NCBI GenBank assembly: GCA_963727485.1
Contig: CAVSGM010000002.1
Span: forward strand, 1,632,001-1,696,000
Source of the DNA: an uncultured delta proteobacterium
Lineage (GTDB): Bacteria; Myxococcota; Myxococcia; SLRQ01
Direction of reading: 5' to 3'
Length of the DNA: 64,000 nucleotides
Shown one piece after another: positions 36,200-46,911 of this stretch (positions within the stretch are counted from its first letter, which is position 1; each line of letters starts with the position of its first letter). Under the pieces are notes generated by a model. It was given only the letters and a program-made list of their open reading frames with translations, made no database searches and was not told the origin of the DNA. The position numbers were made by a program, and so were the translations under genes.

Positions 36200-37114
36200 G
36201 TGAGCCCCCGCATCTGGGCCGTGGGTGGAGGCAAGGGCGGCGTCGGCAAGTCGCTCATCACCTCGAGCCTAGGCATCCTCCTCGCCCGCAGGGCCCGCCG
36301 GACGGTGGTCATCGACGCCGACCTCGGCGGCGCCAACCTCCACACCCTCCTCGGGGTCACCACCCCGCGGCGGACGCTCTCGGACTTCGTGTCCAAGCGG
36401 GTGGGGAGCCTGGCCGAGGTCATGACCCCGACGCACACCCCGGGGCTGTGGCTCATCAGCGGCTCCCGGGCGCTGATGGACGCGGCCAACCCCAAGCACA
36501 CCCAGAAGGAGAAGATCCTCCGGCACGTGAAGGCCCTCGACGTGGAGCACGTGCTCCTCGATCTCGGCGCCGGGTCGGCCTTCAACGTCCTCGACTTCTT
36601 CCTCGCCGCCCAGCGGGGGATCCTGGTGGTGGTCCCCGAGCCCACCAGCATCGAGAACGCCTACCACTTCCTCAAGGCGGCCTACTACCGCAAGCTGAAG
36701 AACGCCGCCAAGCGCACCACCGTGCGTGACGCCATCACCGAGGCCTTCGAGGGCCGGGAGAAGAAGGGCATCCGCAGCCCCAAGGAGCTCCTCGCCGAGG
36801 TGGCGCGCATCGACCCCGAGGCCGGGACGCTCCTCGCCGAGGTCGCCGCCGGCTTCACCCCCCAGGTGGTGGTCAACCAGGTCAGAAGCCACGAGCACCA
36901 TCACCTGGGCCCGGACATCCGCGCCGCCAGCCGCGCCTACTTCGGCACCGACATCGGCTTCCTCGGCACCGTCCCCCACGACGAGGCGGCCCTGGAGGCG
37001 GTCAGGAGCCGCCGGCCGATCCTGGAGCAGGCGCCCGAAAGCGAGTTCGCCCGGGCGGTGGAGCAGCTCGCCGAGCGGCTGCTCGCGGGCAAGGAGGCCG
37101 ACGATGTCGGATGA
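36200..37114 (+). CDS. MinD/FlhG-family ATPase
   Basis: GGGKGGVGKS, DADLGGANLH, LDLGAG, PEPTSIENAY. Confidence 0.9.
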   Translation: MSPRIWAVGGGKGGVGKSLITSSLGILLARRARRTVVIDADLGGANLHTLLGVTTPRRTLSDFVSKRVGSLAEVMTPTHTPGLWLISGSRALMDAANPKHTQKEKILRHVKALDVEHVLLDLGAGSAFNVLDFFLAAQRGILVVVPEPTSIENAYHFLKAAYYRKLKNAAKRTTVRDAITEAFEGREKKGIRSPKELLAEVARIDPEAGTLLAEVAAGFTPQVVVNQVRSHEHHHLGPDIRAASRAYFGTDIGFLGTVPHDEAALEAVRSRRPILEQAPESEFARAVEQLAERLLAGKEADDVG

Positions 37115-37666
37115 CAGCCCCACCGCCGCGGACCGGACGCTCCTGGGGATCGAGGCCGGCGCCTCGGTGGAGGACATCGAGCGTGCCTACCGCCACCAGC
37201 GCGCCCTCTACGCCGAGGACAGCCTCGCCACCTACGCGCTCCTCGATCCCGAGGCGCGGGCCCGGCACCTCGCCGAGCTCGACGAGGCCTACCGCAAGGT
37301 GAAGCTCGCCTGGTCGGTGAACCCGGGGGGGGGACGCCGCCGCCGGAGGAGCCGGGCGGCGCGGTGCCCCCGCCGGCCGCGTCGACGCCCCCGGGCGAGG
37401 CGCCCGAGGAGGATCTCGAGGCCCCGGGGGCGACCCTCGCCGCGCTCCGGGCCCACAAGGGGCTGCCGCTGCCCGAGCTCGCCCGCCGCACCCGGATCGG
37501 CCGGGCGTACCTCGAGGCCCTCGAGGCCGAGGACTTCGCCGCCCTCCCGGCGCTGGTCTACGTGAGGGGCTTCGTGCAGCAGGTGGCCCGGGAGCTTGGC
37601 GCCAGGCGCGCCGACGCGCTGGCCCAGGCCTTCGCCGAGCGGTGCAAGGCGGCGCGGGGCGAGTGA
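37104..37666 (+). CDS. J-domain-like plus RodZ-type HTH protein, frameshift at the G-run near 37330
   Basis: LLGIEAGASVEDIERAY; LRAHKGL.L.ELARRTRI..YLEALEAEDF..LP..VYVRGFV. Confidence 0.75.
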
Positions 37667-37673
37667 CCGGGGG

Positions 37674-37708
37674 TTGACCCCGGGCGCCTCCGGGACATGA
37701 TGCCGCCC
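37674..37708 (+). promoter_or_regulatory. Sigma70-like leaderless promoter of GST
   Basis: TTGACC-N16-CATGAT-7nt-ATG(37709). Confidence 0.6.
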
Positions 37709-38317
37709 ATGATCGACATCTACGCCTGGAAGACGCCCAACGGATACAAGCCCCTCATCGCCGCCGAGGAGCTGGGCCTCGAGTACCACCTGGAGCCGGT
37801 GAACCTCGGCCGGGGCGAGCAGAAGGACGCGGCGTTCCTCGCCATCAACCCCAACGGGAAGATCCCGGCGCTGGTCGACGGCGACCGGGGGATCCGGGTC
37901 TTCGAGTCCGGGGCCATCCTCTGGTACCTCGCCGAGCGCGAGGGCAGGCTCCTGCCCGAGGGCGGCCAGGACCGGGCGCTCGCCTCGAGCTGGCTCCACT
38001 TCCAGATGGCCAACGTCGGCCCGATGCTGGGGCAGGCCTACCACTTCCGGAACCTCGAGGAGAAGGACCCCTACGGCGAGAAGCGCTACACCGACGAGGC
38101 GCGGCGGGTCCTCGGGGTCCTCGACGGGCGCCTCGCCGAGGCCGAGTGGCTGGCCGGCGACGCCTACACCATCGCCGACATCGCGACCTTCCCCTGGGTG
38201 CGGCGCCTCGAGCCCTTCGGGATCGAGCCCGGCGAGCTGCCCTTCCTCGAGGCGTGGATTGCGAAGATCGCCAAGCGCCCCGCGGTCGAGCGCGCCTACG
38301 CCCTCGAGTTCGGGTAG
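37709..38317 (+). CDS. Glutathione S-transferase, YfcG-like
   Basis: WKTPNG.K, INPNGKIPALVD, FESGAIL.YLAE, GPMLGQ, YTIADIATFPW. Confidence 0.9.
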   Translation: MIDIYAWKTPNGYKPLIAAEELGLEYHLEPVNLGRGEQKDAAFLAINPNGKIPALVDGDRGIRVFESGAILWYLAEREGRLLPEGGQDRALASSWLHFQMANVGPMLGQAYHFRNLEEKDPYGEKRYTDEARRVLGVLDGRLAEAEWLAGDAYTIADIATFPWVRRLEPFGIEPGELPFLEAWIAKIAKRPAVERAYALEFG

Positions 38318-38338
38318 CGGGCCCCGCCGGGGGCCCCG

Positions 38339-40537
38339 TCAGTAGACGTAGGTGGCGCCGGCGTTGGGAGCACTGTTGTCGGTCTGGTCGCCGTCCACCC
38401 CGGTGGCCTTGCTCGCCTCAATGTACGAGCTCACCGCCACCGTGTCTCCCGAGACCGCGGCGCTCCAGCCAAACCGGTCGCCGGCGTCGGTATTGGAGGC
38501 CTTGAGGTAGGCCTGCTGCGACCAGGTCCCGGAGGCGTCCCGGGAGAAGAGGTAGGCGGCGCCGGCGCTGCCGACACTGTTGTCGGTCTGGTCGCCGTCC
38601 ACCCCGGTGGCCTTGCTCGTCTCGTCGTTGGCCCCGACCACCACCATGTCTCCCGAGATCGCGATGGAAGAGCCGAACCAGTCGAAGGTGTCGGTGTTGG
38701 AGGCCTTGAGGTAGGCCTGCTGCGACCAGGTCCCGGAGGCGTCCCGGGTGAAGACGTAGGCGGCGCCGGCGTTGCCGGCACTGTTGTCGGCCTGGTCGCC
38801 GTTCACGCCGGTGGCGTTGCTGCTCTCGCCCGGGGCGCCCACCAGGAGCGTGTCCCCCGAGACCGCGACGGACGTGCCAAACTGGTCGCCGGCGTCGGTG
38901 TTGGAGGCCTTGAGGTAGGCCTGCTGCGACCAGGTCCCGGAGTTGTCCCGGGCGAAGACATAGGCGGCGCCGGCCCGGCTCTTGCTGTTGTCGGTCCCGT
39001 CTCCGTCCACCCCGGTGGCCTTGCTCGACTCGTTGGGCGCCCCCACCACCACCGTGTCCCCGGAGACGCTGATGCTGAAGCCGAACTGGTCCTGGGCGTC
39101 GGTGCGGGAGGCCTTGAGGTAGGCCTGCTGCGACCAGGTCCCGGAGGTGTCCCGGGTGAAGACGTAGGCGGCGCCGGCGTTGGGGTCGCTGTTGTCGATC
39201 TGGTTGCCATCCACCCCGCTGGTCAGGCTCGACTCCCCGGGCGCCCCCACCACCACCGTGTCCCCGGAGACGCTGATGCTGAAGCCGAACTGGTCCTGGG
39301 CGTCGGTGTTGGAGGCCTTGAGGTAGGCCTGCTGCGACCAGGTTCCCGAGGCGTCCCGGGTGAAGACGTAGGCGGCGCCGGCCTGGCCCTTGCTGTTGTC
39401 GGTCTGGTCGCCGTCCACCCCGGTGGCCTTGCTCGACTCGCCGAAGGCCCCCACCACCACCGTGTCTCCCGAGATGCCGACGCTGTAGCCGAAGAAGTCG
39501 TTGGCGCCGGTGTTGGAGGCCTTGAGGTACGCCTGCTGGGACCAGCGGCCCGTCGCATCCCGGACGAAGACGTAGGCGGCGCCGGCGCTGGAGGCGCTGG
39601 AGTCGGCCTGGTTGCCGTTCACCCCGGTGGCGTTGCTGCTCTCGCCCGGGGCGCCCACCACCAGCGTGTCGCCATCGAGGCTCACGGCCAGGCCGAAGAG
39701 TGAACCCTGGGCGGTGTTGGAGGCCTTGAGGTAATGCATGCTCCGGCGCGTCACCACCACCCCGTAGCTCTCCGAGGCGCCGCCCGGGGCGCTGACGACG
39801 ACGTGGATGGCGGTCTGGGTCCCGGCGGCCAGGGCGATCGGCGGCGAGGCCGTCCCCGAGGCCACCGTCGTGCCGTCGACGGTGATGGTGGCGTCGGGGC
39901 TGGCGGCGGTGGGGGTCACGGTGACCGTGTCGAAGGCGTCCCCCACGGTGGTCACGTAGAGGAGCGAGCCCGGGTCGAAGGTGGGGCCCAGGGTCCCGTG
40001 GGAGAGGGTGAGCCCCGAGAGGCTGGCGTCGTTGCTCAAGCAGGTGCTGTTCCGGCACAGCTCCTTGGGCCCGCAGGCGGTGCCGGCGTTGGGCCCGGTG
40101 CAGTCGGCGGCGGCGCCGCAGTAGGCGGCGGTGGTCATCGGGTCGATGCAGCTCCCGCCGCAGTCGACGAAGCCCGCGGGACAGGAGACGGTGCAGGCGC
40201 CCTGTCTGCAGACCTGGTTGCCGACGCAGGCGGTGCCCACGTGGGCGCCGGTGCAGTCGGCGGAGGCGCCGCAGTACTCGGCATCGACCATCGGGTCGAC
40301 GCAGCGCCCGCCGCAGTTGATGAAGCCCGCCTGGCAGGCGATGGTGCAGGCGCCCTGGCTGCAGATCTCGCCGGCGCCGCAGGTCTTCCCGCAGGCGCCG
40401 CAGTTGGCCGGGTCGTAGGCGGTGACCACGCAGGCCCCGCCGCAGAGGCTCTGGCCCGGAGGGCACGACGGCGCGGTCTTGCCGCTGGTGCAGCTTGCGG
40501 CCATGAGCACGAGACCCAACAGCATCAGCTTGCGCAT
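38339..40537 (-). CDS. Lipoprotein: Cys-rich repeats, cadherin-like beta-sandwich, FG-GAP integrin-like propeller
   Basis: Lipobox AASC; CG.C/DP..CG repeats; DASLSGLTLS; 7 x YLKASNT..D.FG..V...GDT.VVGAP.E. Confidence 0.85.
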   Translation of the reverse strand: MRKLMLLGLVLMAASCTSGKTAPSCPPGQSLCGGACVVTAYDPANCGACGKTCGAGEICSQGACTIACQAGFINCGGRCVDPMVDAEYCGASADCTGAHVGTACVGNQVCRQGACTVSCPAGFVDCGGSCIDPMTTAAYCGAAADCTGPNAGTACGPKELCRNSTCLSNDASLSGLTLSHGTLGPTFDPGSLLYVTTVGDAFDTVTVTPTAASPDATITVDGTTVASGTASPPIALAAGTQTAIHVVVSAPGGASESYGVVVTRRSMHYLKASNTAQGSLFGLAVSLDGDTLVVGAPGESSNATGVNGNQADSSASSAGAAYVFVRDATGRWSQQAYLKASNTGANDFFGYSVGISGDTVVVGAFGESSKATGVDGDQTDNSKGQAGAAYVFTRDASGTWSQQAYLKASNTDAQDQFGFSISVSGDTVVVGAPGESSLTSGVDGNQIDNSDPNAGAAYVFTRDTSGTWSQQAYLKASRTDAQDQFGFSISVSGDTVVVGAPNESSKATGVDGDGTDNSKSRAGAAYVFARDNSGTWSQQAYLKASNTDAGDQFGTSVAVSGDTLLVGAPGESSNATGVNGDQADNSAGNAGAAYVFTRDASGTWSQQAYLKASNTDTFDWFGSSIAISGDMVVVGANDETSKATGVDGDQTDNSVGSAGAAYLFSRDASGTWSQQAYLKASNTDAGDRFGWSAAVSGDTVAVSSYIEASKATGVDGDQTDNSAPNAGATYVY

Positions 40538-40904
40538 CTCCGTCTCCTCTTGCTCGGCGGCGTGGCGCAGTCAGCTCGGGGCGCGTCTGGCGCCATCCGT
40601 GCAGGCCGCGATCGCCGGGCTCCTCTTGGGTGTGTCTCCGGGTAATCCCGACACGGCCTCAAGGGCAGCACCCGGGGGGGGCGCCACTCGAGAGCGTAGG
40701 GACTCTCCCTGGGTATCCTGACTGGGCGGCGGTCGCAACTGCTCATCAGAATCGTTCTGGATCCCTGGCGGCAGGCGTGGGGGCGGTCGTCGTTGGGGGC
40801 CCTGGCCTTGTGCCCCGCGGCGCCGGTGAGTACCCCGGGGAAGCCGGCGCGCTGACGGCCGCGCCACCGCGCGAGCGCCGCGCCGGCGGAAAGGCGCACC
40901 CGCG

Positions 40905-41461
40905 ATGCGCCACCCACTCGCGCGTCTCGCCATGGCCTGCGCCCTCGCCGGCCTCCTCGTCCGCACCGCCTACCTCGGGGCCCTGGAGGCCGAGGACTAC
41001 GCGGCGCTCCCGGCGCTGGTCGACGGTGACCGGGGCATCCGGGTCTTCGAGTCCGGGGCCATCCTCTGGTACCTCGCCGAGCGCGAGGGCAGGCTCTTGC
41101 CCGAGGGCGGCCAGGACCGGGCGCTCACCTCGAGCTGGCTCCACTTCCAGATGGCCAACGTCGGCCCGATGCTGGGGCAGGCGTACCACTTCCGGAATCT
41201 CGAGGAGAAGGTGCCCTACGGCGAGAAGCGCTACGGCGACGAGGCGAGGCGGGTCCTGGGGGTCCTCGACGACCAACTCGCCGAGGCCGAGTGGCTCGCC
41301 GGCGACGAGTACACCATCGCCGACATCGCGACGTTTCCCTGGGTGCGCCGGCTCGGGCCCTTCGGGATTGCCGACGGCGAGCTCCCCCACCTCGAGGCCT
41401 GGGTGGCGAAATCGACGACCGGCCCGCGGTCGAGCGGGCCTACGCGCTGGAGTTCGGGTAG
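40905..41461 (+). pseudogene. Chimeric GST copy (signal peptide + HTH fragment + GST lacking its N-terminus)
   Basis: 5' matches 43451, middle matches ~37505-37558, rest matches 37863-38317; frameshift near 41410. Confidence 0.75.
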
Positions 41462-41503
41462 GCGCCCCGGCGGCGGCCGGCACCGCCGGGACGGGCCGCC
41501 GCC

Positions 41504-42982
41504 TCAGTGCCCGAAGCGCTGCTCGAGGCCCTTGCGGTAGGCCCGGGCCTGCACCTGGAGGCTCCGGTTGACGTGGCGGATGATCCGCTTCGCCTGGTGT
41601 CGCCACCGCCGGCCCCCGCAGTGGCGGTCCGCGCGCCTGGCCCACACGTCGGTGACGGTCTTGCCGGTGCGCAGGTTCACCAGCTCGTAGTCCTTGTCGT
41701 AGGTGGGGTCGTGCTTCGACATGTAGTCCTCGAAGCAGCCCTGGTACTTCTTGTCGACCTTGTCGTAGGCCTTGATGGCCGCGGTGTCCGCGGGGGTCGC
41801 CAGCGTCATCGCCTCGTCGAAGCTCCGGGCGTGCTTCACCTTGGGCAGCCGCCCGGGCAGCACCACCTTCGCCGGACGGGTGCCGGTGAGCCGGTTGGTG
41901 GCGACCCGGTAGACCCCACCGTCGGCGCGCGCCACCTTCGAGAGGTTCTGGCCGTAGGCGAGCAGCGCCAGGGGCTCGTTCGCCGGGACGCCGGCGTCGG
42001 GGAGCGTCAGGTAGACGAAGAGCCGGTCCGGAGCCCCGAGGAAGAAGGCCTGGAGGTCGTGGGCGCCGTAGAACGGGTACTGGCGGCTCACCTCGCGCTG
42101 GGGCAGCGGCAGCGGGTCGGGGATGGGGATGGGCGTCGCCATCAGACCGGGCCTGGCCCCCGAGCGCATCACCAGGGTGTCCACCGGCGCCCCCACCGCG
42201 GGGTCGTGGTAGACGCCGTAGAGGAACACCGCCCAGGTCTGGCCGGCCCGGGCGTAGAACCTGGCGGCGTGGTCGGTGTCGTCGCAGTCGTAGACGCCGT
42301 GGGCCGTCACCTGGTCCATGGGGCCGTAGACGAACATCGCCGGCTTGGCGTGCGGCTGCCGCAGCGCCGAGACCACCACCCACCCCACGTCCTGGGTGGC
42401 GTGGAGGTAGAACGCCGGGGTCCGGGAGACCCCGCCGCAGAAGCCCGTTCGCCACAGGTTGGCCTTCGGCTTGATCTTGGAGTGGACGGCCACGGGGGTG
42501 GCGAGCGCCCCGAGGTCGACGACCGGCGCCCCGCCGGAGAAGACCACCGGGCGGTCGTCGTCGCGCACCCGGAAGGCGTAGGGTGCGTGGTCCCGGCTCC
42601 GGTCCTTGCGGTCAAGCTGCACCCAGAGCACGTAGCTGCCCGGGTCCAGGGCCTTGGCGTGGGTCTGGTCGTTGGACTGGAAGCAGCCGCCCTGGGCGTT
42701 GGTGACGTGCATCCCCCGGGCGTCCTGGCTCATGAACACCCAGTGCCCCTTGCGGCTCACCTGGAGCCGGGCCACCGGGGCGACCGGCCCGTAGGCGCAG
42801 CCGATCCTGCTGGCCGCCGGGGACAGGGCCCGGGGGACGGGGAGCTTCTCGAGGGTGGGGTTCGCCTGGGTGGGCCCGCCCAGCTTCAGGACCGGCAGCG
42901 CGGCGATGGCGGTCTGCGCGTCGGCGGGGCCGGCGACGAGGCTGGCGAGGACGAGGGCGAGGGCGAGGGCAGAGCGGCGCAT
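41504..42982 (-). CDS. Hypothetical secreted protein
   Basis: Signal peptide MRRSALALALVLASLVAGPADA; two similar GC(A/G)...P domains. Confidence 0.65.
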   Translation of the reverse strand: MRRSALALALVLASLVAGPADAQTAIAALPVLKLGGPTQANPTLEKLPVPRALSPAASRIGCAYGPVAPVARLQVSRKGHWVFMSQDARGMHVTNAQGGCFQSNDQTHAKALDPGSYVLWVQLDRKDRSRDHAPYAFRVRDDDRPVVFSGGAPVVDLGALATPVAVHSKIKPKANLWRTGFCGGVSRTPAFYLHATQDVGWVVVSALRQPHAKPAMFVYGPMDQVTAHGVYDCDDTDHAARFYARAGQTWAVFLYGVYHDPAVGAPVDTLVMRSGARPGLMATPIPIPDPLPLPQREVSRQYPFYGAHDLQAFFLGAPDRLFVYLTLPDAGVPANEPLALLAYGQNLSKVARADGGVYRVATNRLTGTRPAKVVLPGRLPKVKHARSFDEAMTLATPADTAAIKAYDKVDKKYQGCFEDYMSKHDPTYDKDYELVNLRTGKTVTDVWARRADRHCGGRRWRHQAKRIIRHVNRSLQVQARAYRKGLEQRFGH

Positions 42983-43084
42983 GGAGCTCCCAGAGGGGCC
43001 AGAGAGAGGCGTGGCGCGTCTCCTTCGACGCGCCACGGGGTCGCGAACCCTAGTCGGCCGCCCGCCTTGTGTCTGTGGTGCCGA

Positions 43085-43311
43085 TCACACTCGGCTCAGT
43101 ACCCGGTTGGAAGCGTTCAGGTGGTGCATGCCCCGGCGCATCACCACCCGCCCGTAGCTCCCCGAGGCGCCGCAGTTGGCCGGGTCGTCGGCGGTGGCCA
43201 CGCAGGACCCACCGCACCGCCTCTGGCCCTGGGGGCAGGACCGCGTCTTCTGCCCTCCGCCGCAGTCGGTCGCCACCACCACCATGAACACCCACATCGC
43301 CTCGCGCATCC
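43085..43311 (-). pseudogene. Internally deleted remnant of the 38339-40537 FG-GAP gene
   Basis: SCPQGQRRCGGSCVATADDPANCGA joined directly to SYGRVVMRRGMHHLNASN. Confidence 0.75.
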
Positions 43312-43450
43312 AGTCTGGGCTTGGCCCGGTAGCGCAGGCCTGCTCCCGGATGCCTTGTGCCCCGCGCCGCCGGTGATTACCCCGGGGATGCCGGCGCGCT
43401 GACGGGCGCGCACCCGCGCGATCGCCACGCCGGCGGAAAGGAGCACCCCG

Positions 43451-43969
43451 ATGCGTCACCCACTCGCGCGTCTGCTCATGGCCGGCGCCCTCGCCGGCCT
43501 CCTCGTCCCCGCCTCCCTGGCCCTGGCGAAGGGCGGGCCCAAGCCGGTCACCCGCAAGGCCCAGGCCGGGCCCTACCAGGTCACCTTGAAGGTGTTGCCC
43601 GCCGAGGCCTTCGAGGGCCCCCACGCCGAGATGGCCTGGGACGGCGGCGCCAAGGCCATGACCCTCACCAGCGCCGCCAGGCCCAACCGCCACCTGGTGG
43701 TCTTCGTGACCCGGGCCGGCAAGCCGGTGACCGACGGCAAGGTGCGCATCCGCTACCGGATGACGGGGATGCGCCAGTCCAGGTGGATGACGCTCCCGGT
43801 GGCGAAGATGCACGTGGCCGGCAAGAGCGCGGCCACCACCCACTACGGGAACAACGTCCACCTCCGGCACGGGTGGTACCAGGCGGTGGTCACCGTGAAC
43901 GGGCATAGGACCCAGGTCATGCGCTTCGCGGTCTCGGCGCCGGCCCCCGGCGCCGCCTCCCAGGGCTAG
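43451..43969 (+). CDS. Secreted His/Met-containing protein (YtkA/FixH-like Ig fold suspected)
   Basis: Signal peptide; HLVVFV..GKPVTD, MHVAG...HYGNNV.L..G.Y. Confidence 0.55.
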   Translation: MRHPLARLLMAGALAGLLVPASLALAKGGPKPVTRKAQAGPYQVTLKVLPAEAFEGPHAEMAWDGGAKAMTLTSAARPNRHLVVFVTRAGKPVTDGKVRIRYRMTGMRQSRWMTLPVAKMHVAGKSAATTHYGNNVHLRHGWYQAVVTVNGHRTQVMRFAVSAPAPGAASQG

Positions 43970-44053
43970 GAGGCGGCACCAGCCCTCTGCGGCGCCCCAA
44001 CGACCGTTGTCTGCCCGTCGGTCACTGCCGCCGAGCCGAGGCGGTCGCGGGTC

Positions 44054-46588
44054 CTAGTACAGGTAGACGGCGCCGATGCCCGAGGAGGTCCGGGGGGTCT
44101 CGTCGGCCCCGACGAGCAGCGTGTCGCCGGAGACGCCGACGCTGACCCCGAAGAAGTCGCTCGTCGTCGGGAACGGCGCCTTGACGTAGGCCCGCTGGGT
44201 CCACTTCCCCGCCGCGTTCCGGGTGAAGAGGTAGGCGGCGCCGGCCTTGGAGACGCTGTTGTCGCCCTGGTTCCCGTTGACGCCCGGCGAGCCGCTGGCC
44301 TCGTCGAGGGCCCCGACCACCAGGGTGTCGTGGTCGAGGGCGACGGCCTGCCCGAAGATGTCGCCGGCGTCGGTGTTGGAGGCCTTGAGGTAGGCCTGCT
44401 GGTGCCACTTGCCGGAGCCGTCCCGGACAAAGACGTAGGCGGCCCCGGCGTCGGAGGCGGAGTTGTCGGCCTGGTTTCCGTTGACCCCGGTGGCGTTGCT
44501 GGACTCGCCGGCGGCGCCCACCACCACCGTGGTCCCGGACACGGTCACCGAGCGTCCGAAGAGGTCGGGGCTGCCGGTGTTGGAGGCCTTGAGATAGGCC
44601 TGCTGGGCCCAGACCCCAGACACGTTCCGGCTGAAGACGTAGACGGCCCCGGCGTGGGCGGCGGTGTTGTTGCTCTGGTCGCCGTTGACGCCGGTGGCGT
44701 TGCTGTTCTCGGACTGGGCGCCCACCGCGAGGATGCTGCCGTCGAGGGCGACCGAGGTGCCGAAGCTGTCGTGGGGGTTGGTGTTGGAGGCCTTGACGTA
44801 GGCCACCTGGTACCACACGCCCTTGGGGGTCTGGTGGAAGAGGTAGACGGCGCCGGCGCCCGGGTCGACGTTGCTCGCCTGGTCCCCGCCGACCCCGACG
44901 GCGGCGCTGGCCTCGAGGATGGCGCTGACCGCCACCGTGCCCTGGGAGACGGCGACCGCGTGGCCGAAGTTGTCCCCGGCGTCGGTGTTGGAGGCCTTGA
45001 GGTAGGCCGCCTGGGACCACTTGCCCGAGCTGTCCCGGACGAAGATGTAGGCAGCCCCGGCGCCGGCGGCCGAGGTGTCCGACCCGTTGCCGGCGACCCC
45101 GGTGGCCCCGCTCGACTCGCCGGGGGCGCCGACCACCACCATGTCCTTCTCGATGGCGACACTGGCGCCGAACTGGGCGCCGGCCCGGTTGTTGAAGGGC
45201 TTGAGGTAGGCCTCCTGACTCCAGTGGCCCGCGGCGTCCCGCACGAAGACGTAGGCGGCCCCGGAGGCGCCGGCGGAGTTGTCCCTCTCGTTGCCGTCGA
45301 TGGTGGTGGCGTTGCTGTCCTCGTAGGGGGCGCCCACGACCATGGTGTTCCCGGAGATGGCGACGCTGTACCCGAAGCCGTCCCCGCGGTCGGCGCCGCT
45401 GCCCGCGGTGTAGCCCAGGGGCTTGCGCCGGGTCACGGTCACCGTGTAGGTGGCGGTGTTGCCGGCGGCGGCGGTGACCACGATGGTGAGGGTCTTGGGC
45501 ACCGCGGCGGCGAGGGCCACCGGGGTCGAGGTGCTCCCCGAGGCCAGGGCCGCGCCGTCGACGGTGAGGGTGGCCCCGGGGTCGGCGGCGGTGGGCGTCA
45601 CCTGGAAGGTGTCGTAGGCGTTGCTCACGGCCACCGCGTAGTCGTGGGTCGCCGGGTTGAACACGGGCGTGAGGCTGCCGGCGGAGAGGAAGAGGGACGA
45701 GAGGGTGGCGTCGGTGCTCTTGCAGGTGCCCGAGAGGCAGGTCTCGGAGGCGGTGCAGCTGGTGCCGGCGTTGGCACCCTGGCAGTCGCCCGAGGCGCCG
45801 CAGTGGTTGGCGCTGGTGCCCGGGTTGGTGCACACGCCCCCGCAGTCAATCTCGCCGCCGCTGCACTGGAGATGGCAGACGCCCGCGCCGCAGTAGTAGC
45901 CGCCGGCGCAGGCGGTGCCGGCGCTCGTGCCCTGGCAGTCACCGGAGGCGCCGCAGTGAGCGACGCTGGTGGCCGGGTCGACGCAGGCGGTGCCGCAGGC
46001 CACGAGGCCGGTGGCGCACTGGAGCTGGCAGGTGCCCGAGACGCAGGCCTCAGTGCTGGCGCAGGCGGTGCCGGCGTTGGAGCCCTGGCAGTCACCGCTG
46101 GCCCCGCAGTAGCTGGCGCTGGTCGAGGGATCGATACAGGCGCCGCCGCAGAGGATCTGGCCGCCCGTGCACTGGATCTGGCAGACGCCCGAGACGCAGG
46201 CCTGGTTGGTGGCGCACGCGGCACCGGCGTTGCCGCCGTGGCAGTCGCCCGAGGCGCCGCAGTGGTCGGCGCTGGTCGAGGGGTCGATGCAGCTGCTGCC
46301 GCAGGCGATCTCGGGCGCGGTGCACTGGAGCACGCAGGCGCCCTGGCTGCACACCTGTCCCGAGGCGCAGGCGTTCCCGCAGGCGCCGCAGTTGGACGCA
46401 TCGGTGCCCAGGGTCACGCAGGTGCCGCCGCAGGACGTCTGCCCGGTGGCGCAGGTCGGGGGGCTCCCGCCATCGCTGCCGCCGCCGGTACCGCCGCCGT
46501 CGCCCGTGCCGTTGCCGCCGGTGCCGCCGCTGCACCCGGCGATGATCATCACCGCCCACACCACGCCCACGCACCGTCGCATCGTCAT
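44054..46588 (-). CDS. Second Cys-rich/cadherin-like/FG-GAP lipoprotein (paralog of 38339-40537)
   Basis: Lipobox IAGC; DPSTS..HCGASGDC repeats; YLKASNT repeats. Confidence 0.85.
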   Translation of the reverse strand: MTMRRCVGVVWAVMIIAGCSGGTGGNGTGDGGGTGGGSDGGSPPTCATGQTSCGGTCVTLGTDASNCGACGNACASGQVCSQGACVLQCTAPEIACGSSCIDPSTSADHCGASGDCHGGNAGAACATNQACVSGVCQIQCTGGQILCGGACIDPSTSASYCGASGDCQGSNAGTACASTEACVSGTCQLQCATGLVACGTACVDPATSVAHCGASGDCQGTSAGTACAGGYYCGAGVCHLQCSGGEIDCGGVCTNPGTSANHCGASGDCQGANAGTSCTASETCLSGTCKSTDATLSSLFLSAGSLTPVFNPATHDYAVAVSNAYDTFQVTPTAADPGATLTVDGAALASGSTSTPVALAAAVPKTLTIVVTAAAGNTATYTVTVTRRKPLGYTAGSGADRGDGFGYSVAISGNTMVVGAPYEDSNATTIDGNERDNSAGASGAAYVFVRDAAGHWSQEAYLKPFNNRAGAQFGASVAIEKDMVVVGAPGESSGATGVAGNGSDTSAAGAGAAYIFVRDSSGKWSQAAYLKASNTDAGDNFGHAVAVSQGTVAVSAILEASAAVGVGGDQASNVDPGAGAVYLFHQTPKGVWYQVAYVKASNTNPHDSFGTSVALDGSILAVGAQSENSNATGVNGDQSNNTAAHAGAVYVFSRNVSGVWAQQAYLKASNTGSPDLFGRSVTVSGTTVVVGAAGESSNATGVNGNQADNSASDAGAAYVFVRDGSGKWHQQAYLKASNTDAGDIFGQAVALDHDTLVVGALDEASGSPGVNGNQGDNSVSKAGAAYLFTRNAAGKWTQRAYVKAPFPTTSDFFGVSVGVSGDTLLVGADETPRTSSGIGAVYLY

Positions 46589-46911
46589 CTCGGATCCCCT
46601 TGTTGGTCTGCCTGTCACTGGTCTTCCGGGCGCACGGGTCCCAACCACCTACGGAGCTGCTCCGCGGGTGCCGCCCATGGTCCGGTGCTGGACCGTCGTC
46701 CATCCGCCCGATCCGTCGGGACAACCGCCCCCGACGATGGACGCGATCCTAGCGGAGCCGGTCGTGCCCGTCCGTCCCCGGACCGGGGGGGGCAAGGTCC
46801 CCGGAATGGGGGAGGCGTGTGCGGACTACCGCGCGCGGGGGCTGCGTGCGGGCCTCGTGCCGCTGGGCTCGTTGAGGATGGACGGCGTTTCACCTGCGGA
46901 GGGCCCGACCC

